Source: an uncultured candidate division Zixibacteria bacterium
GTDB lineage: Bacteria; Zixibacteria; MSB-5A5; UBA10806
Reading direction: 5' to 3'
Length of the DNA: 64,000 nt
Assembly: GCA_963801605.1 (NCBI GenBank)
Contig: CAWDFP010000007.1
Location: forward strand, 352,001 to 416,000
This document shows positions 33,780 to 44,102 of the stretch, in pieces; position 1 is the stretch's first letter, and each line of letters opens with the position of its first letter. The translations under genes were made by a program, and so were the position numbers. The notes below the pieces were generated by a model. The model saw only the letters and a program-made list of their open reading frames with translations. It made no database searches and was not told where the DNA came from.

Positions 33780-35867
33780 ATGAGATGTGAACACTGCGGT
33801 ACCGACAATAATTTTGAATGGGCCAAGTTATGCAGAAACTGCCAGCAGCCTCTTCCACAAGCGGAGGAAGCCGGAGTCGCTGCATCACAGTCCCAGTTGG
33901 GTGCGACTATTAAGATCGAAGATCCCGAACAGGATATGGAAATAAAGGCAGTTGAGGAATGTGAGAAAGCGGATATCAATATAGGCGATCCCATGGATTT
34001 TATTATGGGATCAGATAAACCGGCACCGCAAGCGGCAGAAAACGAGATAAAAGATGCAATTCAACCGGAACCGATAGAACATGAACTGACATTATATCGG
34101 GATCAGGACGTCAAGCTTTCTATCACGGAGGATAATTCTAAAATCTCCGTTGAGTCTTTTAAGGATAATCTGACGATCACGGCAGAACACTTGCCAGAAG
34201 AGGAACAACCGCAGGAAAGCGCTGAGAACAACGAATCCAGCGTGGTGGCAATAGAAACGCATTCATCCGCAAATAAGACTCGTCCCATAAGTCTGACGGG
34301 TAATCCGGAATCCAATGATGAACAATCGAATACGGCGGTTACAAACGAGACCCAACAGAAGTCAGACACAGAACAGGCAAATGAGTCGACGGGAGTATCC
34401 GCTCGGATTGAAAAAATCGAAAATATTGTATTGAAACCAGTCGTAAATGAAATCAAACAAGCTCGAAGCGTGATCTATATCGCCGGCAAGAATCTTAAAA
34501 TTACCGGTTCGGTCAAAGTATCTCCCGGCGATGAGATTCGGATAAATGATAAAAGCTACGAGGCAAAACGTCAACCAGCCCACGGGCGGATTTATTATAT
34601 GGCAATTTGCGGCATTGGAGCGGCCGTGATTTTAGCCGCCCTGGCCTTCTTCACGTTATCATCAAGCGATATGGGCCAGTTGGTGGGAACGATCTCAAAC
34701 GGCGCCGACGGCCGTCCGTTTATCGGCCAGGGGATTAAAATTGCCGAGCTTAACAAAACGGTATCGACCAATGAAGCCGGATTTTTTATTTTCAGCGATA
34801 TACCAGCTGGAATTTACACGGTCGATGTTCGGATGCCAAGCGGGTCTCATATCCAGGATCGAATTAGTGTCGTAAAAAATCAGACAACCACGATAGCCTT
34901 AAGGGATCGCCAGCCGGAGGAAAACCAGCAAGCCCTTCAGCCGCCGTCACAGATAGAGGCCGCGCCGGTGGTGGCTGCCAAAACCGAAAGCAAAGCAAGC
35001 GGTAAAGGCAACCTAAAGCTGACCCTCTCCCCGTCCAATGCGTCGGTTTATATTGACGATCAGCCGGTGGGAGTTGGCTCGGGCTCATATAAACTCGATG
35101 CGGACAGCTATACGTTGACAGTAAGAAAAAGCGGTTATCAGGATTCAAGCCAAAAAATAAAGATAGATTCCGAAAAGAGCCTGTCGCTTAAGGTAACGCT
35201 TTCCGAATCGGGCCAGGCGCAATCCCGAATCAAAACTAATTCAGATTCCGGTTATGAACAGGAAACCGCCGGAAATTATCAGGACGCTATAAGATTATAC
35301 GATCAGGCGTTGGCCAGCAATCCGAGAGATATCAACTCGATGTTAGGGAAAGCCAGATGCGCCAGAGCTGAAGGTATGATCGAAAACGCCACGACATATT
35401 ATATGCAGGCGGCCAAGTTAGCATCGGATAAAGGCGACGCAAATTTGCAGCTTCAAGCACTCAGCGGCATGATCGATATGAAGCCCAATACGCTCACGGC
35501 CTACACATCGCGCGCAGACCTTCTCTACAATCTGGGTCAGTACGATAAGGCGGCCGATGATTTTGCCAGGGTCGTGGAGATCGATACTCGTAATTTAGGC
35601 GCATATTATAAGCTCGGAGCCTGCTATTACAAATCGGGCAAGTATTCCGATGCCGTCAAGTCTTTCAGCGCCGCCAAAGAACTGAATTTCGCGGATCCCA
35701 AAGCCAATGCCTGGTTAGCCAAGAGCTATCTGGCTATGGGCGACAAGAAAAATACCAAGAAAGCGTTCGAGAGTTTCAAAGAAACCGCCAGTTATTCCAC
35801 TCGTTTGGAGTTTAAGCGCGATCCGGAATGGCAGAAGGTACTTGCCGCATTAGGCGAAAAAGAATAA
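33780..35867 (+). CDS. Bitopic protein: zinc ribbon, acidic linker, TM helix, carboxypeptidase-regulatory-like, PEGA and TPR domains
   Basis: CEHCG...CRNC; one TM helix; TNEAGFFIFSDIPAGIY; PSNASVYIDD...KSGY; C-terminal TPRs. Confidence 0.8.
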   Translation: MRCEHCGTDNNFEWAKLCRNCQQPLPQAEEAGVAASQSQLGATIKIEDPEQDMEIKAVEECEKADINIGDPMDFIMGSDKPAPQAAENEIKDAIQPEPIEHELTLYRDQDVKLSITEDNSKISVESFKDNLTITAEHLPEEEQPQESAENNESSVVAIETHSSANKTRPISLTGNPESNDEQSNTAVTNETQQKSDTEQANESTGVSARIEKIENIVLKPVVNEIKQARSVIYIAGKNLKITGSVKVSPGDEIRINDKSYEAKRQPAHGRIYYMAICGIGAAVILAALAFFTLSSSDMGQLVGTISNGADGRPFIGQGIKIAELNKTVSTNEAGFFIFSDIPAGIYTVDVRMPSGSHIQDRISVVKNQTTTIALRDRQPEENQQALQPPSQIEAAPVVAAKTESKASGKGNLKLTLSPSNASVYIDDQPVGVGSGSYKLDADSYTLTVRKSGYQDSSQKIKIDSEKSLSLKVTLSESGQAQSRIKTNSDSGYEQETAGNYQDAIRLYDQALASNPRDINSMLGKARCARAEGMIENATTYYMQAAKLASDKGDANLQLQALSGMIDMKPNTLTAYTSRADLLYNLGQYDKAADDFARVVEIDTRNLGAYYKLGACYYKSGKYSDAVKSFSAAKELNFADPKANAWLAKSYLAMGDKKNTKKAFESFKETASYSTRLEFKRDPEWQKVLAALGEKE

Positions 35868-35881
35868 TTAAGATCACCCGT

Positions 35882-35927
35882 AAAAAACCCTCTGATGCTC
35901 AATTGACTCCCGCATCAGAGGGTTTTT
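35882..35927 (+). terminator. Intrinsic terminator
   Basis: AAAAACCCTCTGATGC...GCATCAGAGGGTTTTT. Confidence 0.8.
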
Positions 35928-35964
35928 CTTTTACGAAAATGCTTTTGGGGCTTATATTAATCAT

Positions 35965-36699
35965 ATGGGCGATAACGATCTGAATCCTGAAATTCTCCCG
36001 GTCGCGGAAGAACCGAAAATCGGGCGGCCGTTACCAGCGGCTCAATTGTATCTCCTGCTATTTATCTTAATCGGTTACCCGTTAATAAGTATCGTAATGA
36101 GTTTGACGAACCATGCGGATGCCACGAGGGTGATATCGCGTGTCGGTCAAATCTACCTGCCATCACTAATGATTCAGCTAATAATGCTGACGCTGGTTGT
36201 CGGGATTCTCAGGCAAACTCAAACGACGCTGGGGGGAATCGGTTTGGGCCGGGATGATATCAACTGGCCAAATGTCGTATCGGGGCTGATTTTTTTTATC
36301 GGTGCGTGGACAGTGATAATCGTTATACGAAGCGCAATTATGAAATCCGGTTATATACCTGAAAAGGATTTCATGTACCTGTTGCCTAAGACGAATCCGG
36401 AACGAGTTTTCTGGTTTTTTCTTTCGATAGGAGCGGCATTTTCGGAGGAAATCACATTTCGCGGGTATGCCATTACGCGCCTCAGAATTCTCACCGGCAG
36501 CTACTGGACAGGAGCAATTTTATCGTCGCTGGCATTTAGTGTCGGCCATTTATATCAGGGTATTGCAGGAGTAATTTTAACCTTTATCTACGGCCTGCTC
36601 TTTGCGGGATTATTTGTGGCGCGCAAGAGCGTTTTCCCTTGTATCATCGCGCATTTTCTGCAGGATGCCCTGGTGCTGATAGCCTTGATAATTATGTAG
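35965..36699 (+). CDS. CPBP family intramembrane glutamic endopeptidase
   Basis: EEITFRGY, FSVGHLYQG and AHFLQD motifs; multiple TM helices. Confidence 0.9.
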   Translation: MGDNDLNPEILPVAEEPKIGRPLPAAQLYLLLFILIGYPLISIVMSLTNHADATRVISRVGQIYLPSLMIQLIMLTLVVGILRQTQTTLGGIGLGRDDINWPNVVSGLIFFIGAWTVIIVIRSAIMKSGYIPEKDFMYLLPKTNPERVFWFFLSIGAAFSEEITFRGYAITRLRILTGSYWTGAILSSLAFSVGHLYQGIAGVILTFIYGLLFAGLFVARKSVFPCIIAHFLQDALVLIALIIM

Positions 36700-36814
36700 C
36701 GACGCTTTGATTTTCGGTGATAGGCTTAAAAGCATTTTCGATTGGATTCAATTCCATAAATACGAAGGCGCCGGGCAAAGGCCCGACGCCATTTCGCATG
36801 GTTGTATTTAATAC

Positions 36815-37378
36815 CTATTTGACGGTGATATATCCTGCTTTATAGGCACAATCTACCTGCTGAGCGGCCGGAGTCCAAAAGAGATAACTGTAATCGATCT
36901 TGGGGTGCGGATAGAAAGCGTTAGGCCCGCTTTCAAGTTCGACCTTACCGATTTTAGTATCTTTGGCAGCGGTAAACCAGAGAGTAGCGACTAAACCGTC
37001 GCCCGGGTTTAGCGGCTGTACCGATTGGCTGGCGTCAGTGGTATAGATAAAGCAGAAAAAGACAGTTTTACCGACCGGTTCGATCATCGGGAAGCCAAGA
37101 GCGAAATCCTTGCAACGAGAACCAGCGAAGGTGACTGAATCGCACTTAAGATTAACATCCTCGGAACGATAATAGATAGGCACCTGCATACCCGCCAGCG
37201 TATCGGTGTTATTAACAAACACCTTTACCGGAAATGAAGCCCCCCGGGAGACCTCAACGCTCTCAGTGTAGCAAACGTTGCCCGCTTTTTGTGGCTGCTT
37301 TTCGGTTTTATCTTTTTCAACGGCGAAAGAGACGCCACACAGACCAACCAGCATCACAAAAACTACAAGCTTCCTCAA
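36815..37378 (-). CDS. Secreted stand-alone cohesin-like protein
   Basis: TTG start after AAAGGAGG; signal peptide; GASFPVKVFVNN..LAGMQVPIYY..DSVTF..GDGLVATLWF..GYITVK cohesin pattern. Confidence 0.7.
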   Translation of the reverse strand: MRKLVVFVMLVGLCGVSFAVEKDKTEKQPQKAGNVCYTESVEVSRGASFPVKVFVNNTDTLAGMQVPIYYRSEDVNLKCDSVTFAGSRCKDFALGFPMIEPVGKTVFFCFIYTTDASQSVQPLNPGDGLVATLWFTAAKDTKIGKVELESGPNAFYPHPKIDYSYLFWTPAAQQVDCAYKAGYITVK

Positions 37379-37396
37379 ATGACCTCCTTTTATCAA

Positions 37397-39418
37397 TTAA
37401 CAGCTTCCACGAACAGGCGCTGGACCCAGGCCTTTCAGATAATTCACCAGATATATAACATCAAGACCGTTAGCAGCGCAATCGCCATTGGCATCGCCGC
37501 GCAGAAGCGGATCCGGCGCGGGACCAATCCCTTTAAGGTAATTCAAAAGAAATACCACATCGAGTCCGTTAACCTGTCCGTCACCGTTGCAATCACCGGG
37601 GCTGAAATCCTGGAAATACAGGAGTACCAGCGAATAGTAATCGCAGACATAGGAAATTTCGTTATAAACGAAGATGCCCACCGCTGAACCCGGAGTATCG
37701 TAGGAGGCGCTTCGGGACGGATGAACCTTATTGAGAACGTTAAGTACGGTGTAACCTCCCGATTGATGAGCCACATGCAGGAAGTTGGAGGAGAAATAAA
37801 TATCGGATACCTGATCCGCCACATCATAGGAAGAGGTGAAGGTCGGGGCGGCGGGATCGAGAACATTGATGATGACAACGTCATTAACATCATCCGCGAG
37901 GTAAGCATACATGCCGTCAGCGACGACCGCGGAGATATTGCCGGTGGAACTGTAAGTGCCAAGTAAGGTCGGAGCAGAGGGAACGATCAGGCTATAAATC
38001 TGACATCCGCCGCTCATCGAGGCAACATACAATCTATCGTTGTTTACAAATACGTCCACAGGTGTCCCCGCAGGTGTTAAGCTTCCGACAAACCCGATAT
38101 TGTAGGGGTTGCCGATATTAAATATCTGCACTGAATTATAGTCGGCTACATAGCAATAAGTTCCGAGTATTGCCAGGGACTGAGCAAAGCCGGGAGTATC
38201 GTAATTGTCGGCGATAGTCGGATTGGCTGGACTGGCAATATTCGCGGACAGGAGGCCGCTCTGTCTATCCGCAATAAAAGCATAAGAGCCGATGACTTTG
38301 ATATCTTCCGCTTTGCCGGGGGTGTCGAGAGATCCGACCCATACAGGAACATTGGGGTCCTGAACGTTAACGACCTGCATTCCAGTTTCCCAGGTCGCGA
38401 CATAGGCGTAGTTACCGACGGCGTCGCATTTTCTGACATAGGACGTTTTAAATTCGCCGGCGGGCACAGGAAGAGTGGGATCGTTGATATTATAAATTTC
38501 GAGACCAGCCTGACCGTCAGCGACAAAAAGATAATTAGGAACGTTCCAGAGGGATCTGGCTATACCGGGGGTTTGATATCCCCCCTGGAAAAACGGACTG
38601 CCGGGATTGGTAATGCTGACTATCTCAATCCCATTGGCATCATCAGCGCAATAGGCAAAACCGGCGGTGACCCTGACCCTATTGATATAAGAGCCGTTGG
38701 GATTGGTGTATCGACCCACAAAGCTGGGATTAAGGGGATTATTGATATTGAGAATGGTCAGACCATTAAAGGTATCGGAAAGATAGGCGTAGTTGTTCTG
38801 AGTCGTGACCGCGATGGTCCACATGCCGACATATCCATAAGCGCCGACCCGATAAGGCGCCGCGGGATTGAAGACATTGATAATTTGCATGCTGTCGCCG
38901 TCAGCCACATAGACATAGCTTCCAACAGCCTTGACGCCCCAGGCCTCGCCGGGAGTATCATAATAAACCGGAGTAGTAGGTGAACTGGGATTGGAGACAT
39001 TGACAATCGCAATACCCCGTTGGACAGTGGCTATATAGGCGTAATTTCCCGAAACGGAAACATCTACGGCGCTATTGGGGGTCAGCGGCCTGACCGAAAC
39101 CATCGTCGGCAGATGAGGATTGGAAACATCGATGATTCTCATTCCGGATTGTTCATTGGCAATATAAAGGTAATTCCCAACGAGATCCATGTTGAGAGCG
39201 TTATGCTCGAAGCCCATAGTTGAAATCAGGACGGGGTTACTCATGTTGGAAATATCGAATATACCCAGACCCGAGTAGAAGGTAACATAGGCATATTGAC
39301 CGGAGACGCGCACGTCCTTGGCCTCGGTCCATACAGTGGACGAGAGGAAATCGACATTTTGAGCGCCAGCCGTGACGAACATAGCGAGAATGCCAATTGC
39401 GATCGCTATCCGTTTCAT
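37397..39418 (-). CDS. LVIVD-repeat protein with a C-terminal dockerin
   Basis: YDTPGxA/YAYVA repeats; GDCNGDGQVNGLDVVFL...GDANGDCAANGLDVIYL. Confidence 0.9.
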   Translation of the reverse strand: MKRIAIAIGILAMFVTAGAQNVDFLSSTVWTEAKDVRVSGQYAYVTFYSGLGIFDISNMSNPVLISTMGFEHNALNMDLVGNYLYIANEQSGMRIIDVSNPHLPTMVSVRPLTPNSAVDVSVSGNYAYIATVQRGIAIVNVSNPSSPTTPVYYDTPGEAWGVKAVGSYVYVADGDSMQIINVFNPAAPYRVGAYGYVGMWTIAVTTQNNYAYLSDTFNGLTILNINNPLNPSFVGRYTNPNGSYINRVRVTAGFAYCADDANGIEIVSITNPGSPFFQGGYQTPGIARSLWNVPNYLFVADGQAGLEIYNINDPTLPVPAGEFKTSYVRKCDAVGNYAYVATWETGMQVVNVQDPNVPVWVGSLDTPGKAEDIKVIGSYAFIADRQSGLLSANIASPANPTIADNYDTPGFAQSLAILGTYCYVADYNSVQIFNIGNPYNIGFVGSLTPAGTPVDVFVNNDRLYVASMSGGCQIYSLIVPSAPTLLGTYSSTGNISAVVADGMYAYLADDVNDVVIINVLDPAAPTFTSSYDVADQVSDIYFSSNFLHVAHQSGGYTVLNVLNKVHPSRSASYDTPGSAVGIFVYNEISYVCDYYSLVLLYFQDFSPGDCNGDGQVNGLDVVFLLNYLKGIGPAPDPLLRGDANGDCAANGLDVIYLVNYLKGLGPAPVRGSC

Positions 39419-39893
39419 CGCTCTACCCTCATTTCTTTGGTTTGCCTCTCCTATCAGGAGAATTAAATAATTTCAAATATTAAATTTTTATTGACCGGAA
39501 AAATGTGTTTCTTCGAATGATTAGAATTATTTCCGCCTCGGGCAGGGGCAAAAGCTCGACGCAGGCGCAGTCCAATTTGACGACTACGCGTCGAATTTAG
39601 ATATCCAATTTGGAGTTCTAACAGGGCTTTTCCACCAAAACCGCTCAAAGCAGGTCCAAAAGATCGGTTTTAAAGTTTCAATACGAAGAAGCTTGCTATT
39701 TCTAAGCCAGCCGTTGAGTACATAAGCGGCTAAATCAGACACGTATAAGATAGGCCCTGTCAAACATTATGGCAAGTATTTTTTTAGGGGAAAGTTGGCA
39801 AAATCGGGATTCAAACTTAAGGCTGTTATATTTTAACCAATAAAAAAGGCGGACCAAGGCGATCCGCTTTCCTTTCAGATTATGTTGCGGTGG

Positions 39894-40736
39894 CTATTTC
39901 AATAGCACCATTTTCAGAGACTGGGAGAAATTCCCGGCCTCAAGTTTGTAAAAATAGGCTCCCGATGGAACCGAGTTGCCATTTTCGTTTTTGCCATCCC
40001 AGACAACTTTATGATATCCGGCCTCCTGAGAACCCGAAACGAGGGTTTTAACATTCTGCCCGAGAATATTGAAAACCGTAAGCTTAACATCGCGAGCATC
40101 GGGTAAAGCATATTCGATTTCGGTCGTGGGGTTAAAAGGATTAGGATAATTCTGGCTTAACAAAATCTCCGTTGGCAGCGGCAAGTCCTGCGCCGACTGG
40201 GCCGAGGCGATCTCGACACTACCGTTTACGATTACGGGATTTACTCCGGTTACACCGTCACTATATCCAAATAGCGGAGCGCCGGTGCGATCGTCAGTGG
40301 TAGGCGTAATGGCGGCGATTTGAGTCGTCGGATTATCACTGATTGAAAATACCAGTTCAAATACTCCGGCTCTAAGCCCGGCGGTATTTAAAACCGGGTT
40401 GGGATCTCCACCAAGATCGGAAAATCCCAAATGTGTCGCCAGCCTATGATCTTCTTTAATACCCTGCCAATTATCATCCCAGGCCTCGAGCGGCGAACCT
40501 ACCTGAAACCCCATAAATTGGATATCGCCGGATGATTCGATCCTTAAGGGCAAATTGTAATGAGTGACATCCCCATCGGTAACGAAATAAACCGGCACTG
40601 TAACTTGAGTTTGTCCGGGGTTAAAAGTGGCGGTCCCTATGATGACGCTATCGGCGTTGTCGACTAAAGTACCACCTATCGCCGGAAATGAAATGCACAA
40701 GATAATTGCTATCCCCAGCAACAATCCATATTTCAT
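39894..40736 (-). CDS. Cohesin-like domain plus T9SS-type/FlgD CTD
   Basis: Signal peptide; PGQTQVTVPVYF..YNLPL..FELVFSI..NGSVEI; LSQNYPNPFNPTTEI...WDGKN...SGAYFYKL. Confidence 0.75.
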   Translation of the reverse strand: MKYGLLLGIAIILCISFPAIGGTLVDNADSVIIGTATFNPGQTQVTVPVYFVTDGDVTHYNLPLRIESSGDIQFMGFQVGSPLEAWDDNWQGIKEDHRLATHLGFSDLGGDPNPVLNTAGLRAGVFELVFSISDNPTTQIAAITPTTDDRTGAPLFGYSDGVTGVNPVIVNGSVEIASAQSAQDLPLPTEILLSQNYPNPFNPTTEIEYALPDARDVKLTVFNILGQNVKTLVSGSQEAGYHKVVWDGKNENGNSVPSGAYFYKLEAGNFSQSLKMVLLK

Positions 40737-40888
40737 CGTTCCTCCTTGGAAAGGTTTTTTTGCAGTAGATTAATGTCTTTAACATTTTTTACAATATTTA
40801 GCGGGCAGATGTTCCCCAAGATGCCGGAAATATCGAAAAAAAAAGGCAGGCATGGCTGCCTGCCTCAAGAAAACCTTAGAAAAGGAAT

Positions 40889-41734
40889 TTAGCGGACCAG
40901 AACCATTTTATTGGTTTGGGTGAAATCAGACGTATATATCTTGTAGAAGTATATGCCTGATGGCACGTTAGCTCCGTTATCATTCTTGCCATTCCAATGG
41001 GCGATATGATCGCCTGCCGCAACCGTACCATCAACAATCGTCTGAACTTCCTGGCCAAGCAAATTGAAGACTGTCAGGGAGACATAGGTTTCCTTTGGTA
41101 AAGAAAACTCGATGTTGGTTTCAGGATTGAATGGATTCGGATAGTTTTGCTTCAGAGCATAATTGGTCGGGATTGGATTTCCATCGTCGACACCCTCGCC
41201 CGGACGGGTAATCTGCATCGGGGTTTTAACGATGACTGGAGTAATCTGAGTTAATCCGTCAATCAAGCCGAACATAGCAGAACGATTACGGTCATCAAAA
41301 ACCGTATCAATCGAAATGGTCTGCGGACGAGTACCGGGGGCGATGTTGAACCGCAAGTTCCAGCAGTTTACCCTGGCGCCGTTGGTCAATAGCGGCGGAT
41401 TGTTGTGCAGAGTGTCAACGTCAGCGAAACCGATCTGCCTAATGAAACCGGTGCAAACGGAATCGAAGCGAACGTCCCAGCTAGTCAAAGGCGGGAAGTA
41501 ATTAGTTTGTGAACTTGGTGTCACACCGCCTAAGGGTGCACTCCAGGTAATCGGAAGATTGTAAAACATTACTGAGTCATCCGTGACTGCCCAAAACCTG
41601 GTGGTAATAAATGTGAAACCGGAATCAATGCTCAATCCCTCAATGACAATCGTATCCCGCATGCCGGGATCCTGGGCATATACAGCGCTGCCCAGAAGCA
41701 GACATGCCGCCAAAAACAATAGCAACTTTTTCAT
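40889..41734 (-). CDS. Cohesin-like domain plus T9SS-type/FlgD CTD (paralog of 39894-40736)
   Basis: Shared VTD..V..YNLP, W D, GF.D, P.L.T.G.R and DDR...FG..DG.T...PVIV pattern; QNYPNPFNPETNI CTD. Confidence 0.75.
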   Translation of the reverse strand: MKKLLLFLAACLLLGSAVYAQDPGMRDTIVIEGLSIDSGFTFITTRFWAVTDDSVMFYNLPITWSAPLGGVTPSSQTNYFPPLTSWDVRFDSVCTGFIRQIGFADVDTLHNNPPLLTNGARVNCWNLRFNIAPGTRPQTISIDTVFDDRNRSAMFGLIDGLTQITPVIVKTPMQITRPGEGVDDGNPIPTNYALKQNYPNPFNPETNIEFSLPKETYVSLTVFNLLGQEVQTIVDGTVAAGDHIAHWNGKNDNGANVPSGIYFYKIYTSDFTQTNKMVLVR

Positions 41735-41917
41735 TACCGATGGCCTCCTTAATTATTATTTACTTGTTAACTTTTACTAATACTCACCCGCAATAATGGT
41801 GTTACCACATCCCATTAACCCCATCGTTCAAAATATTACGAAATAATGTCACCTTATGTCAAGTTTTTTTTGGCAGCTTAAATATATTTTTTTATCAATA
41901 AAATGAGATAAAAGACA

Positions 41918-43315
41918 TTAAGCTACAACATCTTCCGTTTCAGGCACCTCCCTTGAAGGCTGAAAGCCATACTTTTTAAGTTTCTCGAACAAAGTGGTAT
42001 AATCGATTTTTAGAATTTCAGCGGTTTTCCTCTTATTGCCGCGAGTTTGGGCCAGAATCCGCTTTATAAGTGACTTCTCAGCATCAGCTTGCGCCAATGC
42101 GGCAACTTCCTTAAGGCCGGCGCCCTCCCTGAGTCTGATCTCATTCGAGGTAGCCAAACGAATGGCTAAGTGCTCCGGATTAATATTGCGGCCATCGCAA
42201 AGGATGATAGCGCGTTCGATGGTATTTTCCAATTCGCGAACATTGCCGGGCCAATGATATTTATCGAGCAGTGCCAGCGCCTCTTTGGAAAGCCTGACAG
42301 GCTTCTTTTTCATTTCGAGGCTGAAACGCTGAATAAAATAATCGGCCAGAGCGGGAATATCTTCTCTCCTATCGCGGAGAGGCGGGATGGTAATCGGAAA
42401 AACCGATAAACGATAAAATAAATCTTCTCTGAAAACTCGTTTGCTTATCGCCTCTCTGAGATCCATGTTGGACGCGGCGATGACCCTGACATTGACCTCA
42501 AGAGTCTTAGTGCCGCCCAGTCGTTCGAATCGTTTCTCCTGCAACACGCGCAATAATTTGGCTTGAAGCGAAATATCCATGTCGCCGACTTCATCGAGAA
42601 AGATAGTTCCCTGTTCGGCGATTTCAAACTTGCCCATTTTGCGCGCAATGCTGGAGGTAAAAGCTCCCTTCTCGGAACCAAACAATTCATTTTCCAGAAG
42701 CTCTCGGGGAATAGCAGCGCAGTTGATGGTAACATAAGGACCATCCTTGCGCGGCGAGAGATGATGAATGGCTCTGGCAAACAGTTCTTTTCCAGTTCCC
42801 GATTCTCCCATTAATAAAACGGAAGTATCCGAAGGAGCCACTTTCTGAACGAGTTCGGTAGCCTGTCGCATGCGCTCGGACCGTCCGATGATCTCGGATA
42901 GCCCGATAGTCTGAGCCAGTTCTTCTCTCAAGAGAATATTTTCGGCGAGAAGCCGCCTGTTTTCCAGCGCCCGCTTTATGAGGATAGAAAGACGATCTGT
43001 ATCGAACGGTTTGGTGATGAAATCAAAAGCGCCAAGCTTGATGGCCTGAACAGCGTTTTCAACGGTGGCGTAGGCGGTCATGACAATAACCGATGCCTCC
43101 GGATCGTTCGCTTTAACCTCGGCCAGAACCTGGAGACCATCGGCACCCGGAAGCTTGAGATCGGTCAGGACCAAATCGAAGCGTTTCTCTTTGGCACGGC
43201 TTATCCCCTCGGTACCGCTCGAAGCGAGATCGACTTCATAACCTTCGCTTGAAAGAGTCGCCGAAAGCATTTGTTGCATGGCGCTCTTATCTTCAATAAT
43301 TAGAATTGATGGCAA
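41918..43315 (-). CDS. Sigma54-dependent response regulator (NtrC family)
   Basis: REC domain, GESGTGKE, GAFTSS, FLDEVG, WPGNVRELEN, C-terminal Fis-type HTH. Confidence 0.95.
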   Translation of the reverse strand: MPSILIIEDKSAMQQMLSATLSSEGYEVDLASSGTEGISRAKEKRFDLVLTDLKLPGADGLQVLAEVKANDPEASVIVMTAYATVENAVQAIKLGAFDFITKPFDTDRLSILIKRALENRRLLAENILLREELAQTIGLSEIIGRSERMRQATELVQKVAPSDTSVLLMGESGTGKELFARAIHHLSPRKDGPYVTINCAAIPRELLENELFGSEKGAFTSSIARKMGKFEIAEQGTIFLDEVGDMDISLQAKLLRVLQEKRFERLGGTKTLEVNVRVIAASNMDLREAISKRVFREDLFYRLSVFPITIPPLRDRREDIPALADYFIQRFSLEMKKKPVRLSKEALALLDKYHWPGNVRELENTIERAIILCDGRNINPEHLAIRLATSNEIRLREGAGLKEVAALAQADAEKSLIKRILAQTRGNKRKTAEILKIDYTTLFEKLKKYGFQPSREVPETEDVVA

Positions 43316-43433
43316 GGACCCCTCCGGTTTTTACTCCCCCATCATTATATATCGGCAAAATGCAAAAATATCTTGAGGATTATTATTGGGAAATCCCCAT
43401 ACCCGCCCATAGAGCAGTAAAGGGGACAAGTAT

Positions 43434-44102
43434 TTAGGGCTTACATTCCCGGCAGGGCGACAGGCCGGCGTCAAGGGCATCGTCACGGCTTTTATAGCGT
43501 TTAGCCTTCTTCTGGTTGATATCCTTGATTCCGGGACAAAGCGGGCGATGGAATCGAAAGGCGCCTCCGGCAGCGATATAATATGGTTCGGGCGCCGGCA
43601 CAGGGAGTGACCAGATACCGCGTTGGGCCTTTCGAGCCTCATTTTGAGCAGAAAGGAGCACTTTGGCGTAGCGCTGGTTTTTTGCGAAGAAATATATTCG
43701 AGCCAGACCGGCCTTGAGGAGCATTTCGTTGTAAAATTCCGAACCCAGGTAAATGTAAGCCAGAGTCCGGCCGTATTTATCATCAGAGTTTTTTTCGGTT
43801 TCAATTCTGACTGCCTGGCCTCTTAGAATTGAATCGGCGAAGGCTCTGGCCTGGTCAGCGTAAGGCTCCCCTTTTTCGGGAGTGTCGAGACACAAAAGCC
43901 TGACATGCCGGTCGCCCGTTAGAACAAATGTGTCGCCGTCAATGACGCGCAAGATGGTATCAATATTTGATGTCGGTTTGGAAAATTGCCCGGACTGCTG
44001 TGAGTTGCGACCGGATTTGGCCTGAATCGGCGTTATAAAGGTAAGGCACGATACAGCCAATATTAGCAATGAAAGCTGAGTTTTTCGAAATCGAATATTC
44101 AC
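43434..44102 (-). CDS. Secreted thermonuclease (SNase) with a C-terminal Ada-like metal-binding domain
   Basis: VIDGDT, VRLLCLDTPE, DKYGRTLAY; FHRPLC...PCRECKP. Confidence 0.9.
   Translation of the reverse strand: MNIRFRKTQLSLLILAVSCLTFITPIQAKSGRNSQQSGQFSKPTSNIDTILRVIDGDTFVLTGDRHVRLLCLDTPEKGEPYADQARAFADSILRGQAVRIETEKNSDDKYGRTLAYIYLGSEFYNEMLLKAGLARIYFFAKNQRYAKVLLSAQNEARKAQRGIWSLPVPAPEPYYIAAGGAFRFHRPLCPGIKDINQKKAKRYKSRDDALDAGLSPCRECKP

Noticed and set aside
39550..39600. Hairpin in the long leader of the LVIVD-dockerin gene
   Set aside because: A single stem-loop with no recognisable motif or second copy
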